DNA of 61,855 bases, from NCBI GenBank assembly GCA_903889915.1, contig CAISZK010000230.1:1-61855 (forward strand), given 5' to 3'. Below, in pieces: positions 56,676 to 61,855 of the stretch. The notes under the pieces were generated by a model. That model was not told where the DNA came from. It saw only the letters and a program-made list of their open reading frames with translations, and did not search any database. Every line of letters begins with the position of its first letter. Positions within the stretch are counted from its first letter, which is position 1. The translations under genes were made by a program, and so were the position numbers. The DNA comes from an uncultured Bacteroidota bacterium. Its GTDB lineage: Bacteria; Bacteroidota; Bacteroidia; Bacteroidales; CG2-30-32-10.

Positions 56676-57140
56676 GTGAAAAAAGTACTTCTTATTTTAA
56701 TTGCTTTTTTAATAGGCCTTGTTAGTTTTGCTCAAAGAACTCCATTGAATTCGGACACTACAAAGAAATCCGATTCCATTATTCCTTTGCGAAAAAACAA
56801 TTTACATCCTCACAATGTCCAACAAATAAAATCAAACAAAACCGACACCATCACAACCGCTTCTGATACCATCACCCAAAACAATGGTCAATTCCAGCAG
56901 GATGATCAACCCTGGCAACAGCAAATTTCACCTGAACAATTAAAGCAGCAGCAAATACAAGAACAACAACGCGACCAACAACAGCGGGACCAGCAGCAAC
57001 GTGAGCAACAACAACGTGAGCAACAGCAGCGCGATCTTCAACAAAGAGATCAGCAACAACGCGAACAACAGCAGCGAGAGCAACAACAACAGCAAGAACA
57101 ACAACAGCAGCAACAGCAACAACAGCAGCACCCTCACTAA
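56676..57140 (+). CDS. Secreted Gln-rich protein with (QQR[DE]Q)n pentapeptide repeats and a poly-Q tail
   Basis: ORF 56652 begins on a TTG. GTG 56676 gives MKKVLLILIAFLIGLVSFAQ. The repeats run from 56964 to about 57083 and the poly-Q tail to 57131. Confidence 0.6.
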   Translation: MKKVLLILIAFLIGLVSFAQRTPLNSDTTKKSDSIIPLRKNNLHPHNVQQIKSNKTDTITTASDTITQNNGQFQQDDQPWQQQISPEQLKQQQIQEQQRDQQQRDQQQREQQQREQQQRDLQQRDQQQREQQQREQQQQQEQQQQQQQQQQHPH

Positions 57141-57350
57141 ATCGTTTTTTTTCTTTTACCTGATGGGTGAGTGACCAGCTTTTTATCCAATCAGATATTT
57201 TCAGCGATTGAGAATATTTGTCGTGCTTATAAAAAGCAAATAATAAAAAAACGCCACTAACAAGCAAACTGGCGGAGATTCTGTTCTGTCAAAATCTCTT
57301 AATTCTTAATCTCTTAACACAGCGTTAACATCGATCGCGACAAGCTGTCG

Positions 57351-57358
57351 TACCTTTG
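57351..57358 (+). promoter_or_regulatory. -7 box TACCTTTG, 29 bp upstream of ATG 57387
   Basis: Exact TAnnTTTG match. Confidence 0.4.
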
Positions 57359-57386
57359 CAAAATATTTATTAAAATTTTAAAGCAC

Positions 57387-58115
57387 ATGAAAACAAAAAT
57401 TATACTTTTCTCAATTATACTATTATCATTTCAGCCGATTTTAGCTCAGACCAAAGATTCAATTCATGGACCTATGTTATCAGGTACGGCTCCTTCTTTC
57501 AAAGCAATTTCCACACTTGGCGATATTAATTTTCCTGATGATTATTTTGGAAAATGGAAAATATTGTTCAGTCATCCTGCAGATTTTACACCGGTTTGTA
57601 CCACTGAAATCCTTGCTCTGGCAGCAATTCAGGATGATTTCAAAAATTTAAATACTGCCCTTATCGGCATTTCAACCGACGGACTTAATAGCCACATGGA
57701 ATGGATAAAGTCAATGGATTCTCTGTCTATAAATGGCAGTAAAAAAGTCAATGTTGAATTCCCTTTGATTTCAGATGTGGATCTGAAAATTTCAAAACTT
57801 TATGGAATTGTTCAGTTGGATTCAACCGGAAACAAAGATGTGCGAGGAGTTTACATTATTGATCCCGATAACAAAATCAGAGCATTTTTCTATTACCCTA
57901 AAACAGTCGGGCGAAATATGGACGAGATCAAACGTACTTTGATTGCACTGCAAACTGAAGACAAACACAACGTGCTTATACCCGCTAACTGGAAACCGGG
58001 TGATGAAGTTCTTATTCACAGCCCGAAAACAATTAAAGATGCTCAAAAACTCGAAGCTAAAAAAGATTCAAAATTGCGCGAGATCACATGGTACATGTGG
58101 TTCAAAAAACTTTAA
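57387..58115 (+). CDS. 1-Cys peroxiredoxin (Prx6-like) with an N-terminal signal peptide
   Basis: FTPVCTTE active site with no second Cys. The N-terminus is MKTKIILFSIILLSFQPILAQ. Confidence 0.85.
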   Translation: MKTKIILFSIILLSFQPILAQTKDSIHGPMLSGTAPSFKAISTLGDINFPDDYFGKWKILFSHPADFTPVCTTEILALAAIQDDFKNLNTALIGISTDGLNSHMEWIKSMDSLSINGSKKVNVEFPLISDVDLKISKLYGIVQLDSTGNKDVRGVYIIDPDNKIRAFFYYPKTVGRNMDEIKRTLIALQTEDKHNVLIPANWKPGDEVLIHSPKTIKDAQKLEAKKDSKLREITWYMWFKKL

Positions 58116-58200
58116 AAATGAATGGGCTTTGTAAATTTGAATGCAACTGAATAAAATTATTCATATTGCAGTTAACAGGTTTGCTTGCTTTGGGTAATCG

Positions 58201-58237
58201 AAATCCAGGCTGCTTTTAGTAGCTTGGATTTTCTTTT
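58201..58237 (+). terminator. Intrinsic terminator
   Basis: AAATCCAGGCT-gcttttagt-AGCTTGGATTT followed by TCTTTT. Confidence 0.5.
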
Positions 58238-58324
58238 AATAAAGCTGCTGATAGCAACCATTGTGTAAACCCCTTCGTCTTTAAAAGAAAATCTATTCCG
58301 GACAAAATTTCCTTAATTTTAATT

Positions 58325-59755
58325 ATGAAAAAATCCTTACACTTTTCTCTGCTCATCTTAATTCTGAATACTTTTTTCCTTTTCTTCACTTCCTTTGTGG
58401 AAGCTCAATGGAGCACCCCTTTCAGCCTTTCTCCATCTGCTGTTTCAGCAACATTAAACGAAAGTATGGGCTCATGTATAGGCACTGGTGGTGACACTCT
58501 GCATGTTGTCTGGACAGATAAACTCAGTACTACACGGGCAAGAATTTATTACACCCGTTCTCTTGATACAGGACTAACATGGAGTGCTCCACAGGTTCTT
58601 ACTGACACCAGCAGCAATGCATGGAATCCGGCAATAGCAGTTAATGGAAAAAACATTCATGTTGTCTGGCGCGAGATAAGCACTACCAATGGTCATCGTG
58701 CTTCCTGGTATAAGCATTCAACTGACGGTGGTATTACATGGGGACCCAATGTGTTTCTTGATTCTACCGCCGATTGGCCGGCTGTTTCAGTGTCTGGCAA
58801 CAATGTTTATGTTGCAAATGATGTGGTAACTGCAGCCTCACCTTACAATACTGAGATCTACTTTTTGAGATCCACTGATAATGGTTCAACATGGAGTTCT
58901 CCGCAACAACTTACTTTTGCGGTAGGTCGCTCAGAAGATGAAGCTATTCATGCCGAAGGATCCCATGTTTACATGTCATGGAATGATAACAGGGCAGGGC
59001 AGTTTCAAATATTGTATAAAGAATCGCATGATTTTGGAGTAACATGGGGAGCCGACATGGTGGTTATACCAATAAAAGATTATAATACCATGGTTTGGTC
59101 AGATGGTGCGCATATAGATGTTGTAGCCTGCGGCGCTCCTTCCGGGCGCTATCAGTTGTTGTTGGCACAGTCTGCTGATACAGGCCTCACCTGGAATGCA
59201 AGTATGGATTTAAGCAACGACACTGCCCATACGTATTTTTTACCTGATATGGTTCGCAACGATTCTGACTTGCATATTGTGTGCAGTTCAGGTAGCGGAC
59301 CGAAGTATTTTCATTCAGGTGATGGCGGCACCACATGGGATGCTCCTGTGATTTTACCCGGTGCAAATTTCATCGCCTATACAGGATGCGCTTTGCATAT
59401 CATCTATGGAAGCAGCGCAGATCACCATATTTATTACATCCGTAACCCACATGGAAATGCTGGACATTGCGGAGGAGTACTAACCGGACTGAGCTATCCT
59501 GAAAATACAGATCATGCTGAGGTTTTCCCAAATCCCTTTTCGACCGAAACAACATTGAGAATTCATTCAACAGAAAAAATAGAAAATGCAGAAGTGAAAA
59601 TCTTCAACATGTTAGGAAACGAAGTGAGAACCATTTCCGGTATAAATGAAAGTGCAATAAACATACAGCGTGGAAAGCTGCCTCAGGGTATTTACTTTTA
59701 TTCTCTTAGAGAAAATAATATTATTTTAGCAACCGGAAAATTAATAATTGAGTAA
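58325..59755 (+). CDS. BNR/Asp-box repeat (sialidase-like beta-propeller) protein with a T9SS C-terminal sorting domain
   Basis: Asp-boxes SLDTGLTW, STDGGITW, STDNGSTW, SADTGLTW and SGDGGTTW. The C-terminus reads VFPNPFSTETTLRI...KIFNMLGNEV...GIYFYSL. Confidence 0.85.
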   Translation: MKKSLHFSLLILILNTFFLFFTSFVEAQWSTPFSLSPSAVSATLNESMGSCIGTGGDTLHVVWTDKLSTTRARIYYTRSLDTGLTWSAPQVLTDTSSNAWNPAIAVNGKNIHVVWREISTTNGHRASWYKHSTDGGITWGPNVFLDSTADWPAVSVSGNNVYVANDVVTAASPYNTEIYFLRSTDNGSTWSSPQQLTFAVGRSEDEAIHAEGSHVYMSWNDNRAGQFQILYKESHDFGVTWGADMVVIPIKDYNTMVWSDGAHIDVVACGAPSGRYQLLLAQSADTGLTWNASMDLSNDTAHTYFLPDMVRNDSDLHIVCSSGSGPKYFHSGDGGTTWDAPVILPGANFIAYTGCALHIIYGSSADHHIYYIRNPHGNAGHCGGVLTGLSYPENTDHAEVFPNPFSTETTLRIHSTEKIENAEVKIFNMLGNEVRTISGINESAINIQRGKLPQGIYFYSLRENNIILATGKLIIE

Positions 59756-59776
59756 TTATTTAATTGTAATTCTGCT

Positions 59777-60628
59777 ATGAAAAAGTTTTTTCTTTTTGTG
59801 ACATTCCTCTACTCAGGAATAGCCTTCGGGCAAACAACCGATACCATTGTTGCATGGACATTTCCTGATTCAAACATTGCTACAGGTGCACGCTCTGATA
59901 TGGGTCTGGCTATTAATATTGGCAACCCGATAACAACCGCTGGCGGAACAAATTCTCCAACTTTCAATCGCAATGGAGTTACCACTTATTGCGCCCGTGC
60001 AACAGGATGGAATGGAGGTAGCGGAACAAAATACTGGCTTGTTTATTTTTCTACCACCAATTATAATACTTTGAAAATTTATTCCAGGCAACAGAGTTCA
60101 ACTTCGAGCAATGGGCCACGGGATTTTAAAGTTCAATATGCACTGAGTCTTCCCGGGACATGGACCGATGTACCCTCAGCTTCTATTCTTGATTCTAATG
60201 ACTGGTCACATGGCACTCTTTCAAATGTGAGTCTTCCTGCCGCCTGCGATAATCAGGATAGTGTATATCTTAGGTGGATCATGACCTCCGATACTTCGGT
60301 CGGAAATGCAACGGTTTTGCAATCCGGACCAAATAAAATAGATAACATCATTGTTACCGGAATAGCGATTCTTACTTCAATTTCTTCATTTGAAAATCAA
60401 CAAAACATTATTATCCTTCAAAATAATTTGAATAAAACACTCACAGTTTCAGATAATGAAATTTTCAGGAATGTCAGCATTTATGACGTTGCCGGGAATT
60501 TGGTTTATGACAATAAAAACCCTTTAAAATACACGATTATCAACACTTCCAAATTCAGTAAAGGTATTTATTTTCTGAAGGTGCTCTTTGACGATAATAC
60601 CATGGTTACAAGGAAAATTTCACTATAG
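59777..60628 (+). CDS. Secreted protein of unknown function with a T9SS C-terminal sorting domain
   Basis: Signal peptide. The C-terminus reads VSIYDVAGNLV...FSKGIYFLKVLFDDNTMVTRKISL. Confidence 0.8.
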   Translation: MKKFFLFVTFLYSGIAFGQTTDTIVAWTFPDSNIATGARSDMGLAINIGNPITTAGGTNSPTFNRNGVTTYCARATGWNGGSGTKYWLVYFSTTNYNTLKIYSRQQSSTSSNGPRDFKVQYALSLPGTWTDVPSASILDSNDWSHGTLSNVSLPAACDNQDSVYLRWIMTSDTSVGNATVLQSGPNKIDNIIVTGIAILTSISSFENQQNIIILQNNLNKTLTVSDNEIFRNVSIYDVAGNLVYDNKNPLKYTIINTSKFSKGIYFLKVLFDDNTMVTRKISL

Positions 60629-60940
60629 ATTTCGGCTTGCACTGCTGCATGTTTTTAAATAATCTGCTAATACCTCAATTATTATACATATCTTTGCCGA
60701 CAGTTTAATAATAGTGTTCCCCGCTAATAGTAATTACACTTCAGTCCTTTCTTTGTGCAGATGCCATCGTAGAAGTTTTTTTATCTGATAGCATTTGGAA
60801 GCGCACAAAATTATAATGATTAAGAACAAATTTTTTATCTTGTTCAATGTTTAAAGTTTAAAGTTCAACGTTGTCACAAAGGAGCAACCATTGAACCTTA
60901 GCATTAAACATTGCACATCAAACATTGAACTCATTAAAAA

Positions 60941-61855
60941 ATGAAAACATTCGAAGAATTGAATATCTCACCTGAGATACAAAGAGCTATTAAAGAAATG
61001 GGCTTTGAAAATCCAATGCCCGTGCAGGAAGAAGTGATACCACTTTTGCTTGGCGCAACAAATGATGTAATAGCTCTTGCACAAACAGGAACAGGCAAAA
61101 CAGCAGCTTTCGGGCTTCCTTTAATACAGGAAGCTGATACTGACAATCCATTGCCCGGAGCGTTGATACTATGTCCTACAAGGGAACTTTGTATTCAGAT
61201 CACCGGCGACCTGAACGATTATGCCAAATACTCTGAAAAAGTAAAAGTACTGCCTGTGTATGGCGGGTCGAGTATAGATACACAAATAAAAGCTTTGAAA
61301 CAGGGTGTGCAGATCGTTGTTGCCACACCGGGTCGTATGCTTGACCTGATGAAACGCAAAGCCATGAAACTAAAAAATGTCAAAAGGGTTATTCTTGACG
61401 AAGCAGATGAAATGCTGAATATGGGATTTCTTGATGATATCAACGAAATTCTCGCTGATGTTCCTGATGGCAGAACAACACTGCTTTTCTCAGCAACCAT
61501 GCCCAATGAGATAGTTGGGATTTCACGAAAGTACATGAACAACCCTATCGAAATTACGATAGGAGTGAGGAACGCAGGCGCTGAAAATATCAAACATCTT
61601 TGCTATACGGTGCATGCCCGCGACAAATATCTTGCATTGAAACGCATTGCTGACTATAATCCGAATGTGTACAGCATTGTGTTTTGCCGCACACGTAAAG
61701 AAACACAGGAGATTGCCGATAAGCTGATCGCTGATGGTTACAATGCCGATGCGCTTCATGGTGATCTTTCCCAATCACAACGCGATTCTGTGATGCAGAA
61801 ATTCCGTATCCGCAATATTCAAATGCTCGTGGCTACTGATGTTGCGGCCCGTGGA
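60941..61855 (+). CDS. DEAD-box ATP-dependent RNA helicase, N-terminal 305 codons; continues past the window edge
   Basis: Hand translation. Q-motif region FENPMPVQ, motif I AQTGTGKT, PTRELC, motif II DEAD (ILDEADEM), motif III SAT. It is absent from the ORF track because no stop lies in the window. Confidence 0.9.
   Translation, partial: MKTFEELNISPEIQRAIKEMGFENPMPVQEEVIPLLLGATNDVIALAQTGTGKTAAFGLPLIQEADTDNPLPGALILCPTRELCIQITGDLNDYAKYSEKVKVLPVYGGSSIDTQIKALKQGVQIVVATPGRMLDLMKRKAMKLKNVKRVILDEADEMLNMGFLDDINEILADVPDGRTTLLFSATMPNEIVGISRKYMNNPIEITIGVRNAGAENIKHLCYTVHARDKYLALKRIADYNPNVYSIVFCRTRKETQEIADKLIADGYNADALHGDLSQSQRDSVMQKFRIRNIQMLVATDVAARG

Noticed and set aside
56872-57267. Minus-strand ORFs (131 and 65 aa, poly-Leu or poly-Val) opposite the Gln-rich gene
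   Set aside because: They are low-complexity antisense artefacts of the CAA/CAG repeat.
61219-61778. Minus-strand ORFs 61219-61593, 61523-61774 and 61590-61778, plus 60934-61146
   Set aside because: They are antisense to a DEAD-box helicase frame that carries the canonical motifs.
1-61855. tRNA, rRNA and tmRNA genes
   Set aside because: Scanning the intergenic regions by eye showed no T-loop/acceptor signatures (GGTTCGAATCC-like) and no rRNA-like conserved blocks. This was not a computed search, so a tRNAscan or Infernal run should confirm it.

Overview
About 62 kb of low-GC chromosomal DNA that looks like Bacteroidota. Supporting this, five proteins end in type IX secretion (T9SS) C-terminal sorting domains, many genes are preceded by TAnnTTTG -7 promoter boxes, and signal-peptide and lipoprotein genes are common. 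I call about 60 protein genes. They are mostly housekeeping (phoH, purC, miaA, mtnP, msrAB, surE, lpxB, comEC, S41 and S8 peptidases, two M1 peptidases, an O-antigen-type aminotransferase plus sugar transferase) mixed with secreted or unknown proteins. Two genes cut by the window edges are missing from the ORF track and were found by hand translation: an ASST-family protein (1-993, minus) and a DEAD-box helicase (60941-61855, plus). I recognised no rRNA, tRNA, CRISPR array, transposase or integrase. The most unusual content is non-coding. (1) Two copies of a ~550-580 bp element (19690-20240 and 49300-49880) lie in inverted orientation around 29 kb of housekeeping genes. Each holds about 10 exact-phase 21-bp units built as GGAA-N8-TTCC dyads. 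The stem sequences differ between copies in a compensatory way, and the array is flipped relative to its conserved flank in one copy compared with the other. (2) A 290-bp array with 20-bp period and 10-bp sub-period (33101-33390) sits directly upstream of an alcohol dehydrogenase promoter. (3) Five tandem paralogous ArsR-like winged-helix genes (34523-36411) form a C-B-A-B-A pattern next to a TonB-dependent receptor. (4) One protein is made of eight tandem Cys4 zinc-ribbon modules (3471-4640). (5) A ParE/RelE toxin gene carries an in-frame TAG at codon 8. All family assignments come from motif recognition by eye, and no database search was run.
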